Positions 41,004 to 51,400 of a stretch of DNA of 54,026 nt are shown here, one piece after another (the stretch's first letter is position 1; each line of letters opens with the position of its first letter). The notes under the pieces were generated by a model. That model saw nothing but the letters and a program-made list of their open reading frames with translations, made no database searches and was not told the DNA's origin. Source of the stretch: Polyangiales bacterium (GTDB lineage: Bacteria > Myxococcota_A > Polyangia > Polyangiales > Ga0077539); NCBI GenBank assembly GCA_041389825.1, contig JAWKRC010000007.1, positions 253,093-307,118 on the forward strand, read 5' to 3'. A program made the position numbers and the translations under genes.

Positions 41004-42515
41004 TCAGGCGCGGGCTGGGTGGCTGCGCGGGCGCCTCAGGTTGCGCGGGCGCGGGCGCGGGGTCGGCGCCGCCGCGGGCTGCGCGGCCTGTCGCTGGGCG
41101 TTGCGGCGGGCGCGCTCCAGCGCGGTCTGGGTGCGCTGGATGAGCTGCGGGAGGCGCGCGAGCTGGGCCTCGTTGTCTTCGCGGCGAGGGTGCTGCGCGT
41201 AGCCCGAGCCGAGGGCGTCGCGGTAGCGGGTGAAGGCCGCCTGGGCCTGCTGGAAGAGCTGGAGCCTGCGCTCGATGTTCTCGACGCCGGTGTTGGGCAC
41301 GCCGCGGGCTTGATCCGCGTAGAGACGGCCCATGTTGTAGTGGACCTCGGCGAGGCTCGGGTCGAGCGTCTGCGCCCGCTGGAGCTCTTGCATCGCCCGG
41401 TCGTACTGGCCCGAGGCGCGCAGGGCGTCGCCGTAGTTCAGGTGGCCCTTGCCCCAGCTCGGCGCGAGCGCGACCACGGCGCCGAGGTTCTCGAGGGCCT
41501 GCGGGTAGTTGCCCGCCTGCAGGAGCTGGATGCCGAGGTTGTTCCTCGCCTCGGCGAAGTCGGGCGCGAGCTCCACCGCGCGCTGGAACGACGTGATCGC
41601 CCCCGGCACGTTGTGGTCGGCCTCGATCTGCAGGAGCCCCCGAAGGTGCACCACCTCGGCGTTGGTCGCGCCGAGGCCGCTGTTGGGGTTGTTCGGGTCC
41701 GACCCGTTGATGAGGTCGTTGACGATGTAGAGCGCGAGGTCGAGGCGGCCGAGCGCGCGGTAGGCCTCGGCCACGGCGAGCTTCGCGGGCACGCTGCGCT
41801 CGTCGAAGCGCAGGATCTGCCGCGCCTCTTCGATGGCCTCGTTGGCGCGGTTGTTCATCACCAGGAGCCGCGCGTACTCGGCGCGGATCCCCGCGCTGCG
41901 CGCGTTGCTGCGGGCGAGGGCCTGCACGAAGCTCATCGCCTCGGCCACGCGGCGCTGACGGATGAGCATGCGGGAGCGGGCCACCACCGCGGGCTCGTAG
42001 TCGGGCTGCACCGAGAGCGCGCGCTGGTAGTAGTTGTCGGCCTGCGCGTCGTTGCCCTGGCGCTCGGCGATGACGCCGAGGTTGTACGCGGCCTGCGCGG
42101 CGCGAGGCTCGGCCTCCAAGGCCTGACGGAACGAGCTCGCGGCGTTGTCGAGCTGACCCGCCCTCGCGGCCTGCAGGCCCATCTGGAACGCGCTCGCCGC
42201 GTTGCCCGTGAGGGTGACCCGCGAGGCCGCCCCGCTCGCCTCGGTCTGCGCCGCGGGCTGCGGGGTGGGGGTCTGCTCAGGGGTCGGCGTGGGCGTGGGC
42301 GTCGGGGTCGCGGTGACCGTCGACGCGCCGGTGTTGGAGGTCGACTCCGACACCCCCGACGCGCCCTGCTCGCCTCCCGAGGAGGTCTGCTGCGAGGACT
42401 GCGTGGGGGTGGTCGTCGAGGGGCGGTTCTCGTTCTCCGAGGAGCACGCGACGGCCCCAAGCGAGGCGAGGAGCGCGAGCGTCGGTGCGAGAGGCGAAGC
42501 GCGCATCGGTGTCAC
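41004..42515 (-). CDS. TPR-repeat lipoprotein (GltE/NfsE / AglT-like)
   Basis: LALLASLGAVACSSE is a signal peptide plus lipobox. An S/T/P-rich linker is followed by six or more TPR units (AYNLGVIAERQGNDAQADNYYQRAL ...). 503 aa. Confidence 0.7.
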   Translation of the reverse strand: MTPMRASPLAPTLALLASLGAVACSSENENRPSTTTPTQSSQQTSSGGEQGASGVSESTSNTGASTVTATPTPTPTPTPEQTPTPQPAAQTEASGAASRVTLTGNAASAFQMGLQAARAGQLDNAASSFRQALEAEPRAAQAAYNLGVIAERQGNDAQADNYYQRALSVQPDYEPAVVARSRMLIRQRRVAEAMSFVQALARSNARSAGIRAEYARLLVMNNRANEAIEEARQILRFDERSVPAKLAVAEAYRALGRLDLALYIVNDLINGSDPNNPNSGLGATNAEVVHLRGLLQIEADHNVPGAITSFQRAVELAPDFAEARNNLGIQLLQAGNYPQALENLGAVVALAPSWGKGHLNYGDALRASGQYDRAMQELQRAQTLDPSLAEVHYNMGRLYADQARGVPNTGVENIERRLQLFQQAQAAFTRYRDALGSGYAQHPRREDNEAQLARLPQLIQRTQTALERARRNAQRQAAQPAAAPTPRPRPRNLRRPRSHPARA

Positions 42516-45500
42516 TCCGTCGCGAGGCCGGGGGCGGCCACGGGGCTGGTCTGCGGGAGCACGGCGCCGGGGGCCTCGCCGTCGAACATCCCCGGGCGGT
42601 ACTGGAAGACCTGCTGCCGCGAGAGGGCCGGCTCGATGAGCGGCTGGTTCTCCTCGAGGCGCAGGCGCTCAAGGGCGCGCGACGCGAAGGGCGTCGGGAT
42701 GTTCTGCTGGCGCGCCGTGTAGACCGCGGTGCCGTAGTTGATGATCGCGAGCGTGCGCTCGTCGGTGGCCTGCTGGTCGAAGGCGGCCTGGGCGCGCTGC
42801 CGACGCTCCTCGATCTGGTTGTTGAGGTTGTCCTCGGCCTGCTGGCAGCGGTCCATGGTCTCCAGGGCGCGGTCGGGGTTGATCCGCTCCAGGCGCTGCG
42901 CCGCGGTGCGGCACTGCGTGATCGCGTTGCGCGCGCGCTGCTCCGTCGCCCGCTCCGACGCGCTGAGCTGGAGGAGCGAGCCGATGCGCTGCTCCTGCGT
43001 GGCGAGGTGCTCGTGGGCCTCGCCCTGGCGGGTGAGCGCGCCGATGGAGTACTCTCCGCCGCGCAGGGCCACCACGTCGCGCGCGGCGCTGTCGATGGCC
43101 TGCAGGCGCGTCTGCCGCTCCTGGATCTGTCGCGTGAGCGAGGCCGAGTCGCCCGCCTGGAACTCCGAGCGCGTGAACTCGGTCACCTGGTCGTCGAGGT
43201 CGCGGAAGAGCGCCTCGGCGGCGTAGGCGGCCGCGGGCGAGCCGGGCTGCTGACCCGTCGCGCGGTAGACCTGCACCACCTCGCGCAGGGCGCGGCGGTA
43301 CTGGGTGTCGTTGTTCTGCGCGCGGTACGCGAGGGCGATGTTGTACTGGGCCCTCACGCGGTAGCGCGCGTTCTCGGCCGTCGCGGGGTAGCGGCGGAGG
43401 TACTCCTGGAGCGAGCGGATGGCCTCGCCCCACTCCTGCGCGCGGTAGGGGATGTTCGCGGCCTGGAACTCCGCCTCGCTGCGCTCCGCGCCGGGGTTCG
43501 AGCGCGGGATGAAGTTGGTCCACGCCTGCCGCGCCTGCGACCACCGACCGAGGTTGGTGTTGATGAGCGCGATGGAGGCGAGCGAGTCGTGCACGTGGGC
43601 GTCGTGGTCGTTGGCGCGAGCGAAGCGCTGATCGTTCACCACGTTGCCGTAGTACCGGATCGCCTGGTCGTAGTCGTAGATGCGCTCGAGGTTCACGCCC
43701 GCACGGAAGTTCGACACCTCGAGGATGTTGATCCTTTGCGCGAGGTTCTCGCCCTCGAGCTCGTGGCCCTGCGCGTCGCGGGTGTTGTTGTACTCGTTGG
43801 TGATGCGGACGTAGGTCTGCGTCGCCGTGTCGAAGCGCCCGGTGCGCTCGTACGCGAGGGCGGTGTAGAAGGTCGCGAGGGCGGCCTGCGGGTGGTTGCG
43901 GTTGGCCTCGACGGCCTCTTGCATCTGCCGCGCGGCCTGCTCGTAGAGGGCGCGAGACTGCGCCGGGTCGCGCGTCTGCTCGGCGCGGTGGAAGGTGTCG
44001 AGCGCGAGGCGGAAGGTGCGGTCGGTGAGCACCTGCCCGATCACCTCGGAGCGGACGCCCGCGCACTGCCGCCGCGACTGCTCCTGCGCGAGGTTCTCCT
44101 GCGCCTCCTGGTCGCCCTGGAGGACATATAGGTTGTTGAGGTCCGCGAAGGCCGCGCCGGCGACGAGCTGGTCGTTGCAGTAACGCGTGAGGACCTCGCG
44201 GTACATCGTCACCGCGTTCGGGTTGATGTTCGTGTCGACCTGCCCGAAGCGGAAGAAGGTGCGCGCGTTGAGGTAGAAGAACTTCGCGCGGTACGGCGGG
44301 TTGCTGTACGGCTGCTCAGGGTCTTCCTCGACGACGTCGCGGAGCGCGGCGGCGTTGTCGAGGCCCTCGGGGACTCGGATCGCGTACGCGTTGCGCGCTT
44401 CCATCAGGCCGCGCACCGCGTCGGGGATGTTCAACGGGTTCACCGTCTGCCCCGTCATCGGCGGCCGCGTGCACGCCTCAGCGGCGTCGTCGGCGATCAA
44501 GCGCGCGCCGGTGTCGTCGACGATCTCCGCGGGCGCGATGCCCGCGCGCACGGCGATGCACGGGTCCAGCCGACGGAGCTGCGCCTCGCGGCGGATGAAG
44601 GCCTCCTGCGCCTTCACCGCCATGTACGCGGCGGCCGCGAGGTACTGGTCGTTCTCGTTCGACTCGCGCACGTCGGCGTAGGCGCGCGACGCCTCTTGAT
44701 AGTCGCCCGACCAGTAGAGCGCGTCGGCGCGGTTGTACCGGAACTCGTACGCGGCCTCGTCGTTCGGGTAGTTCCGAATGAACTGCGTATAGGCCTCGAC
44801 CGCCGTGTGGTACTCCTCGTTCGCGCGCTGCAGGGCCTGGCGGTACTCGTTGAAGGCCTCGGCCTGCGCCGCCCCCGTGAGCGAGCGCGCCTCGATGCCG
44901 CGGCGCACCGCCTGCTGCCGGAGCTGCGTCGCGTTCTGGTGGTGCGTGATCGCGAGGTCGTGGAGGCTGTTGCGCGCGACGGTGTCGGCGTAGCGCTGGG
45001 CCTCGGGGTGGTTGTTGTTGTTGTTCCACCACTCGGTGCCCTCGGTGAACTGCGCGAGGGCGCCGCGGGCGCGGATCGCGGCGTCGAACTGACGCTGCCG
45101 CGAGTACGAGTCGGCGATGCGCACCACCACCCGCGGCGCCCGCTCGTGCAGCGGGTACAGCGAGAGGAAGATCGAGTAGATCGTGATCGCCTCGTAGTAC
45201 TTCGTCTGCTGGAAGTAGTCGTCGGCGAGCTCGAGGTACGCGTCGGCCGTCCACGGGCGGTTCTGCGGGATGTACGTCGGCCGACCCGGCACCGCGGGGG
45301 GCCGCTCGTCGCGGTTCGCCCAGCGGCGCGCCTGGATCTGCGTCGGGTCCCCCGGCGACACGATGCGCATGATGCCCGCGCAGTCGAAGGGCCGCGTCGC
45401 GTCGGGCGGAGGCCGCGAGATCGACTCGACCACCCCCTGGCAGCGCGTGGCGTCTTCGCCCGGCCCGAGGCCCCAGTCGCTCTCGGAGAAGATCACCCCG

Positions 45501-47029
45501 ACCCACTTGATGGTGTCGCTGCGGTTGCCGCGCGCGGCCTCCTCGGCGCCGGCGTAGTCGTAGTAGTCGAGCAGGAGCGAGAAGTTCCGCAGCGCCTGCG
45601 GATACCCGTTCTGCATGCGGAAGTACGCCCAGCCGACCTTGTAGAGCGACTTCGACCAGAAGGCGCCGTACTCGAGGTTGGCGTCGAACTGCGCGCGCGC
45701 CTCGGCGGGCATCTGCACGACGTTCTCGCCCGCGCCGGCGATGCCCTCGGCGGGCGCGCGGTTGGCGGGCTGCGGCGGGCGGGGCCGCGTCGAGAGGCGC
45801 ATCGAGGCCTGGTACGCCGCGATGGCGAGCGCGTTGCCGTCGTCGTCGCGCGCGTTGTCGAAGTGCCAGTCGCCGACGTAGTAGAAGACCTCGCCCGCGT
45901 AGCGCGAGGGCTGGCCGTTGGGCCCGCGCATGGGCTGGCACTGCGCGTAGAGCTGCGGGATCGGCGCGGTCTGGTTCGGCGCGAGCTCGGGCATCGCGAC
46001 GGGCGGGACTGCGGCGTCGGCGTCGGCGCCCGCGTCGGCCTCAGCGATGGCGGGAGAGATCAGCTCGGGCCCGCGCGGGCGGAGCATATCGAAGAGGTTC
46101 GGGCACATCACCGGCGGGCTGGAGTTGCCCAGCGGCGCCATCAGGTCGAGCCCGTGCTCGCCCTCGTAGTGGAAGCTCGCCGGGCACACGAGGCCGCGGT
46201 AGGCGCTGATGGACTCGTCCTCGCGGCCCATCTCCTTGAGCACCCAGCCCAGGAGGTAGTGCGTCGCGTCGCCGAGGCGGAACTGCGGGAAGCGCGCGAT
46301 GATGTGGCGGTAGAGCAGGATCGAGCAGCGGAAGTCCTGCGGGGGCGCGACGATGTCGTCGGCGGGGAGGTTCTGCGCGCGGCGCGCGGCGATCTCGCGG
46401 TCGGTGCGCTCGTCGGCCTCGAGCTTCGCGTAGGCGGCCTCGTCGTAGTAGAGCTCCGCGAGGCGGAACATCACGTCGGGCGTGCGCTCGCGGTCCTCGG
46501 GGTAGGTCTGCAAGAAGCGCTCGAAGACCTCGATGGCGTGGCGGCGCGCCTCGCGCTCGGCGTCGCGCTCGGCGCGGATCTGCCGCTCGAAGCCCGTGCG
46601 CAGCCGCGCGAGCTGCCGGTCGTGCTCGCGCGCGAGCAGACCGTTGATGCTCGTGCGAAAGCCCATCCCGCGCGTCAGGAATCCGTTGACCTCGTCCTCG
46701 AGCAGCCGCAGCGAGGCTTGCTGCTCCGCCGAGGGATCGGGCCGCGGCGCCACCGCCTGCGGAGGCCGCGTGTCACCCAGGAGCGACGACCCCGCCGCGG
46801 GCTGCTCGGGCGTGCGCGGCGTCACGGCCGCCCCCGGGTCCGCGGGCGAAGGGTTCGCCCCCGGGTCCGCCGGGTTGGCGGGCGCCGTCGGCTGCGCGCC
46901 GTTCGTCGGCTGCGCCGCGGTGCCCGTCTGCCCACCGTTCAACGGCTGCGCGTTCGCGGCCGGGCGCACCAGCGCCAGCGCGAAGAGCAGCAACCCCAGT
47001 CGCCAGCGAAGAACCCTGCTCATGGTCAC
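42512..47029 (-). CDS. Large periplasmic TPR-repeat protein (GltD/NfsD / AgmU-like), 1505 aa
   Basis: Signal peptide MTMSRVLRWRLGLLLFALALVRPAANA, then TPR-like helices along the full length and a coiled-coil C-terminal region. Start and stop overlap the neighbouring genes by 4 bp. Confidence 0.7.
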   Translation of the reverse strand: MTMSRVLRWRLGLLLFALALVRPAANAQPLNGGQTGTAAQPTNGAQPTAPANPADPGANPSPADPGAAVTPRTPEQPAAGSSLLGDTRPPQAVAPRPDPSAEQQASLRLLEDEVNGFLTRGMGFRTSINGLLAREHDRQLARLRTGFERQIRAERDAEREARRHAIEVFERFLQTYPEDRERTPDVMFRLAELYYDEAAYAKLEADERTDREIAARRAQNLPADDIVAPPQDFRCSILLYRHIIARFPQFRLGDATHYLLGWVLKEMGREDESISAYRGLVCPASFHYEGEHGLDLMAPLGNSSPPVMCPNLFDMLRPRGPELISPAIAEADAGADADAAVPPVAMPELAPNQTAPIPQLYAQCQPMRGPNGQPSRYAGEVFYYVGDWHFDNARDDDGNALAIAAYQASMRLSTRPRPPQPANRAPAEGIAGAGENVVQMPAEARAQFDANLEYGAFWSKSLYKVGWAYFRMQNGYPQALRNFSLLLDYYDYAGAEEAARGNRSDTIKWVGVIFSESDWGLGPGEDATRCQGVVESISRPPPDATRPFDCAGIMRIVSPGDPTQIQARRWANRDERPPAVPGRPTYIPQNRPWTADAYLELADDYFQQTKYYEAITIYSIFLSLYPLHERAPRVVVRIADSYSRQRQFDAAIRARGALAQFTEGTEWWNNNNNHPEAQRYADTVARNSLHDLAITHHQNATQLRQQAVRRGIEARSLTGAAQAEAFNEYRQALQRANEEYHTAVEAYTQFIRNYPNDEAAYEFRYNRADALYWSGDYQEASRAYADVRESNENDQYLAAAAYMAVKAQEAFIRREAQLRRLDPCIAVRAGIAPAEIVDDTGARLIADDAAEACTRPPMTGQTVNPLNIPDAVRGLMEARNAYAIRVPEGLDNAAALRDVVEEDPEQPYSNPPYRAKFFYLNARTFFRFGQVDTNINPNAVTMYREVLTRYCNDQLVAGAAFADLNNLYVLQGDQEAQENLAQEQSRRQCAGVRSEVIGQVLTDRTFRLALDTFHRAEQTRDPAQSRALYEQAARQMQEAVEANRNHPQAALATFYTALAYERTGRFDTATQTYVRITNEYNNTRDAQGHELEGENLAQRINILEVSNFRAGVNLERIYDYDQAIRYYGNVVNDQRFARANDHDAHVHDSLASIALINTNLGRWSQARQAWTNFIPRSNPGAERSEAEFQAANIPYRAQEWGEAIRSLQEYLRRYPATAENARYRVRAQYNIALAYRAQNNDTQYRRALREVVQVYRATGQQPGSPAAAYAAEALFRDLDDQVTEFTRSEFQAGDSASLTRQIQERQTRLQAIDSAARDVVALRGGEYSIGALTRQGEAHEHLATQEQRIGSLLQLSASERATEQRARNAITQCRTAAQRLERINPDRALETMDRCQQAEDNLNNQIEERRQRAQAAFDQQATDERTLAIINYGTAVYTARQQNIPTPFASRALERLRLEENQPLIEPALSRQQVFQYRPGMFDGEAPGAVLPQTSPVAAPGLATE

Positions 47030-49446
47030 TGCCCCTGGGTCCCCGACCCGTCGCCCGTCGGCGTCGACCCGCTCGACCCGCCCTCGTTCGAGGCGCCCCC
47101 GTTGGCGTTGTTGCCGTTGCCCTCAGCGTTGGGTTGACCCCGGCCGAGCCGCGCGGCGTCTTCAGGCGAGGCCCCCTCGGTCACCTCGGCGAACTCGTCG
47201 TTGAGCGCAGACACCTCGCGGTTCTGCTCCTCGGCGAGGAGGCGCGCGCGGTTGTTGTGCTCCTCGCGCTCCTCCCAGGCCACGTCGACGAGCCCGAGGT
47301 CGGCGCGCATCACGATCTGATAGAACTGCAGCTCCACCTCGCGGAACTGCGACAGGATCAGGTTGCCCACCACCTGCTCCGACTCCCGCTCCAGCGCCCC
47401 GAGGCGCTCGCGGTAGCCCGCCACGCGGCCCTCCTCGGCGCGCACCTGGTCGCGGATCGCGACGATGCGCCGGTCGACCTCGGCGTTCACCCGCCCGTCG
47501 AACTCCGCGAGCTGGGCGTCGAGGGTGTCGAGCCGCGTGAGGAGCGCGTCGGCCTCGCCCGGCATCCGGCCCGCGTTGCGCAGTGCCGCCGCCTCGCGCT
47601 GCACGAGGTCGCGGAGCTGCGCGCGCAGGTCGACGTCGTGCGCGTAGCGGGGGTCGCCCGGGCCGATCTGCGCGCGCGCCTGCGCGACCATCCGGCGGAT
47701 GTTCGTCACGCGGTCGCGGTACTGCTGGATCGCCGCGCGGAACTGCGTGAGCTCCTGCTGCACCTGCGCGCGGTCGAGCCCGGCGCCCTGGTGCATCGGG
47801 TCGTTGAGGTAGCGCTCGTTGGCCACCACCATCGCCTCGAGCGCGTCGACGCGCTGCTGGTTGCGCTGGAGGTTTTGCGAGAGCGTCTGCAGCTCGTTCT
47901 CGGCCTGGCGGTCGCGGCGGCGCAGGCCGTCGTCGTTGGTGGGCATCCGCCCGACCTGCGCGGCGAGCGAGCGGCGCTGCGAGATCACGCTCTGCAGGTC
48001 GACGTTGCCGGCGTCGGCGTTGCGGTCCATCGCCGCCGAGGCGATCGCGTCGCGGAGCTGCGCGGTGCGGTTGGTGATCTGCCAGATGCGCTGCCGCGCG
48101 CGCCCGAGGTCTTGGAAGATGTGCGAGCGCGACGGCGCGTTGATGGCCGCGTTGAGCCGGTCGATGAGGTCCGACGCCTCGCGCACGTAGGTGCGGCAGA
48201 CGTTGAGGTCTGACACCACGCGGAGGCTGTCGTCGAGCGTGCCCTCGTGGCGCACCCACGCGAGCGCGGGCGCGGGGATGAAGCTCGACGCGTCGAAGAC
48301 CTGCAGGTTTGAGCGCACAAGCTCCTGGAAGAAGCGCTCGGGGTTCGCGCCGCCGTTGTTCTGGTGGAGCTGCTGATAGATGGGCCCGAACTGCTGGCGC
48401 ACGTCCTCGAAGACCTGGCGCGCGCGGTCGAAGCGGCCCGTGCGGAGGAGCAGGTTGCCCCAGAGGATGCGGCCCTCGGGCACGAGGGGAGAGTCAGGCG
48501 ACGAGATCGACAGGATCTCGAGCGCGCGCTCGGCGCGGATCGCGTCGCCGAGCTTGATGTACGCCCACGCCTGCTCGAAGAGCGCGCGGTCGAAGTACGC
48601 CGAGCTCCGCGGCACGCGCTGGTAGGCCTCGATGGCGGCGTCGAAGTTCTCGCGCTCGACCTGCAGGCGGCCCACGGCGAGGATCGCGAGGTCGACCACG
48701 CGCTGCTCGTCGCTGCCCTCGACCTGGAGCTGGCTCACCCGCTGAAAGGCCTCGATGGCCTCGGGGTACCGCTGCTGGGCCGTGAGGATCGCGCCGAGGA
48801 AATACCGCGCCTGGGGGTAGATCGGCGCGGTCTGGGGAATCGCCTCGAAGGCCGCGCGCGCGCCGTCGTAGTCGGGCGTCGCGCGGAGGAAGAGGTACTT
48901 GCCGCGGATGTACGTCGTCTGGGCCTCGAGCTCAGACGGGGGGATCTGCCCGAGCTGGCGGAAGTACTCGTCGACGCCCTCGTAGTTGTTGGTGCGCAGG
49001 GCGATCTCGATGAGGCGCCCGAGCGCGCGCTGCACGAAGGGGCGGAACACCGGCTCGTTCGCGTGGCGCAGCACCTCGCGGAAGCGCGAGCGCGCGCCGA
49101 AGCGGTCGCCCGCGAGGTAGAGCGCGTCGCCGAGGAGGTAGAGCCCCTGCGGGTACGCGGGGGTGTTGGCGTAATTCTCGACGATGTCGGTGAAGAGCAC
49201 CGAGGCGCGCGCGTAGTCGCGCAGGCGGTAGAGGAGCTCCGCGTCGGCGAAGCGCTCTTCGACGCTCGTCGAGCGCTGCGGGCCGCCGCCGGCGCCGGGT
49301 CGCACGCTCTCGGTCGACTGGCGCGCCTGCGCCTCGAGCGAGCCGACCTCGTTGCTGACCGCGGTGAGGTCCTGCGCGGCGAGTGGCGCCGCGAGGAGGG
49401 TCAGCACCGCGCCGAGGGAGACGGCGCGACGGCCGCGGCGGTTCAT
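47026..49446 (-). CDS. Secreted TPR / coiled-coil protein (GltC/NfsC-like), 806 aa
   Basis: Signal peptide MNRRGRRAVSLGAVLTLLAAPLAAQ. The N-terminal half is TPR-like and the C-terminal half is rich in coiled-coil heptads (QQ...RR patterns). Confidence 0.6.
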   Translation of the reverse strand: MNRRGRRAVSLGAVLTLLAAPLAAQDLTAVSNEVGSLEAQARQSTESVRPGAGGGPQRSTSVEERFADAELLYRLRDYARASVLFTDIVENYANTPAYPQGLYLLGDALYLAGDRFGARSRFREVLRHANEPVFRPFVQRALGRLIEIALRTNNYEGVDEYFRQLGQIPPSELEAQTTYIRGKYLFLRATPDYDGARAAFEAIPQTAPIYPQARYFLGAILTAQQRYPEAIEAFQRVSQLQVEGSDEQRVVDLAILAVGRLQVERENFDAAIEAYQRVPRSSAYFDRALFEQAWAYIKLGDAIRAERALEILSISSPDSPLVPEGRILWGNLLLRTGRFDRARQVFEDVRQQFGPIYQQLHQNNGGANPERFFQELVRSNLQVFDASSFIPAPALAWVRHEGTLDDSLRVVSDLNVCRTYVREASDLIDRLNAAINAPSRSHIFQDLGRARQRIWQITNRTAQLRDAIASAAMDRNADAGNVDLQSVISQRRSLAAQVGRMPTNDDGLRRRDRQAENELQTLSQNLQRNQQRVDALEAMVVANERYLNDPMHQGAGLDRAQVQQELTQFRAAIQQYRDRVTNIRRMVAQARAQIGPGDPRYAHDVDLRAQLRDLVQREAAALRNAGRMPGEADALLTRLDTLDAQLAEFDGRVNAEVDRRIVAIRDQVRAEEGRVAGYRERLGALERESEQVVGNLILSQFREVELQFYQIVMRADLGLVDVAWEEREEHNNRARLLAEEQNREVSALNDEFAEVTEGASPEDAARLGRGQPNAEGNGNNANGGASNEGGSSGSTPTGDGSGTQGQ

Positions 49447-50222
49447 CGCTGCGCGCTCCCCTCGCTGGTTCCCGGCGGGGGCGGCGTCGACGCGGACTCA
49501 GACGCCTCGCGCAGGGTGATGACCCGCTGGACGTAGCGCACCGCGGGGCGGCTCTCGGGCGGCTCGAGCGGCCCGCCCTTCTCGTAGCCCACCACCCGGA
49601 TCTGGATGGCCTTGCCCTCGGGCACCGAGAAGCTCTGCGTCGAGCGCACGGTGAAGCGGTAGCCCTTCATGTAGGGCAGGCCCGCGCCGAGGTAGGTGAG
49701 GTTCACGCCGAGCGTGTGGTCGCCCGAGCCCACCTGGCCGTTGTAGACGGCGAACTCGCGGCGGTCGGCGAGGGCGCCGCTCTCGTCGTTGCGCGTGAGG
49801 ATCGGCGCGCCGTCGAGGGAGTACACCGCGCCGATGAGCCGGTACGAGCCGCCCATCTCGTTCTGGTGGACGATCTGCGCGCGCGAGCCGCCGACGGTGT
49901 TCTGCAGCACCGACTCGGCGAGGAGCGACAGCCGGGCCTTGGAGCGGAAGATCTCTTCTTTCAGCTCGTTGATGCGCGCCTCGAGGTCGCGCAGGCGCAC
50001 GACGTACTGCTCGCCGGTCATCGCCCCGCCGTCGGCGCCGACGCCCGTAGGCGCGGGCATCGCCGTGGTGGGCGCCCCGCCGTCGGCGTCGGTCGTCATC
50101 GGCGTCGCCGCCGGGGTGGTCGCGCTGCTCGCGGCGCCCGCGTCGCCCACCGGCTGCGCGACGCTGACCCGCGCGAAACCCAGGAGAGCCCAAAAGGCCA
50201 CCAACGCCAGACGCACTCGCAT
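49443..50222 (-). CDS. Secreted beta-rich protein, paralogue of the next gene (GltB/NfsB-like)
   Basis: Signal peptide MRVRLALVAFWALLGFARVSVAQP. It shares blocks with the 50277..51098 product: QNEMGGSYRL / QNEMGSTFRL; GDHTLGVNLTY.G / GDHSVTVSLEYQG; GYRFTVRSTQSFSVPEGKAIQIRVVGYEKGG / GYTFRARSVQTVSVPEGRALRLTVIGYEQGG; RPAVRYVQ / RPAIRYAQ. Confidence 0.5.
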   Translation of the reverse strand: MRVRLALVAFWALLGFARVSVAQPVGDAGAASSATTPAATPMTTDADGGAPTTAMPAPTGVGADGGAMTGEQYVVRLRDLEARINELKEEIFRSKARLSLLAESVLQNTVGGSRAQIVHQNEMGGSYRLIGAVYSLDGAPILTRNDESGALADRREFAVYNGQVGSGDHTLGVNLTYLGAGLPYMKGYRFTVRSTQSFSVPEGKAIQIRVVGYEKGGPLEPPESRPAVRYVQRVITLREASESASTPPPPGTSEGSAQR

Positions 50223-50276
50223 GTTCGTTCGCCCCTTCACGTCCACGACTCCGTCGACGGCTCCGCCGCGAGCCCG

Positions 50277-51098
50277 TTAGGGCTCGGAGCCCGCCGCGGG
50301 GGCGGGCGCGCTGTCGTTTCGCTGGTTCTGCGCCCGCGCCTCGGCGACCGTGGTCACCGACTGCGCGTAGCGGATGGCGGGGCGGTCTTCGACGGCGGTC
50401 GCCGCGCCCCCCTGCTCGTACCCGATCACCGTCAAGCGCAGCGCCCTCCCCTCGGGGACGCTCACGGTCTGCACCGAGCGCGCGCGGAACGTGTACCCGC
50501 GGATGTACGAGAAGATCCCGTTGCCGTTGCCCTGGTACTCCAGGCTGACGGTGACGGAGTGGTCGCCCGACGCGACGCGGCCGTTGAACACGGCGAAGTC
50601 GTGCAGCTCGGCGAGGCTGCCGTTGTCGTCGACGCGCGTCGCGATGGTCGCGCCGTCGAGGCTGTACGTCGCGCGCACGAGGCGGAACGTGCTGCCCATC
50701 TCGTTCTGGTGCTGGATGATGAGCTGCGCGCCGCCGCCGCCCGCGCTGTCGAGCACCATCGCGGTGATCTGCTGCATGCGGGCGTAGGTGCTGCCGATGT
50801 CGTTCGAGAGCGCGGTGACCTCGCGGTCGATGTCGCGGATGGTGATGGACACCGCGCCGGGCGCGACGGCGGAGACGTTTTGCGGCGTCGGCGTCGCGGC
50901 GAGCGCGGGGGCCGGGGCGACGAGGGGCGCCGATACGGGCCCCGTGGGCACCTGCGCGGCGGGCGCGGCCGCGGGGGGCTGCACCATCGCGGGCGGGTCC
51001 GCGGGCTGCGACCACGCGACGGCGGGCGCGGTGAGGAGCGAGAGCGCGGCGGCGGTGCGCCACCAGGAAGAAAGACCGCTTGAAGTGCGAGTGGACAC
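50277..51098 (-). CDS. Secreted beta-rich protein, paralogue of the previous gene (GltA/NfsA-like)
   Basis: GTG start (VVSTRTSSGLSSWWRTAAALSLLTAPAVAWSQP) preceded by a GAGAGG SD-like sequence. The region of ORF 50277..51353 upstream of it is Arg-rich junk. Confidence 0.5.
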   Translation of the reverse strand: MSTRTSSGLSSWWRTAAALSLLTAPAVAWSQPADPPAMVQPPAAAPAAQVPTGPVSAPLVAPAPALAATPTPQNVSAVAPGAVSITIRDIDREVTALSNDIGSTYARMQQITAMVLDSAGGGGAQLIIQHQNEMGSTFRLVRATYSLDGATIATRVDDNGSLAELHDFAVFNGRVASGDHSVTVSLEYQGNGNGIFSYIRGYTFRARSVQTVSVPEGRALRLTVIGYEQGGAATAVEDRPAIRYAQSVTTVAEARAQNQRNDSAPAPAAGSEP

Positions 51099-51400
51099 GA
51101 CGCGATGCCTCTCGATCCTATGGGGCGCCGGGCGCGGGCCCGACCTTGGGAGGCGGGTGTACCCCAGTGCGATGCGGAGGGTCAACGCAACGCGACGACC
51201 GCCGACAGGCGGTGTGTGAGGCCGCGAGTTCACATCGGGCTTGGACCTGGGCGGGCCGCCGCGGATAGAATCCCGCCGGTCGCGGAGGACGGAAGGAAGT
51301 GCATGCAGGCGAACGCTCGCGGTAGGGGCGGAGACCGCACGCGGGGCTCGCACGTCTCAACGCTCACCCCGATGAGACCGCCGCCCCGACGAGGGGCCGT

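Noticed and set aside
42485-47137. Plus-strand ORFs 42485..44131 (548 aa) and 44696..47137 (813 aa)
   Set aside because: They are antisense to the 1505-aa TPR protein gene and have the typical GC-rich antisense composition (Arg/Ala/Gly/Val).
51300-51400. Canonical ECF autoregulatory promoter (GGAAC-N16-17-CGTC) upstream of the sigma factor gene
   Set aside because: No convincing GGAAC/CGTC pair with correct spacing was found by eye. It is left as unassigned.
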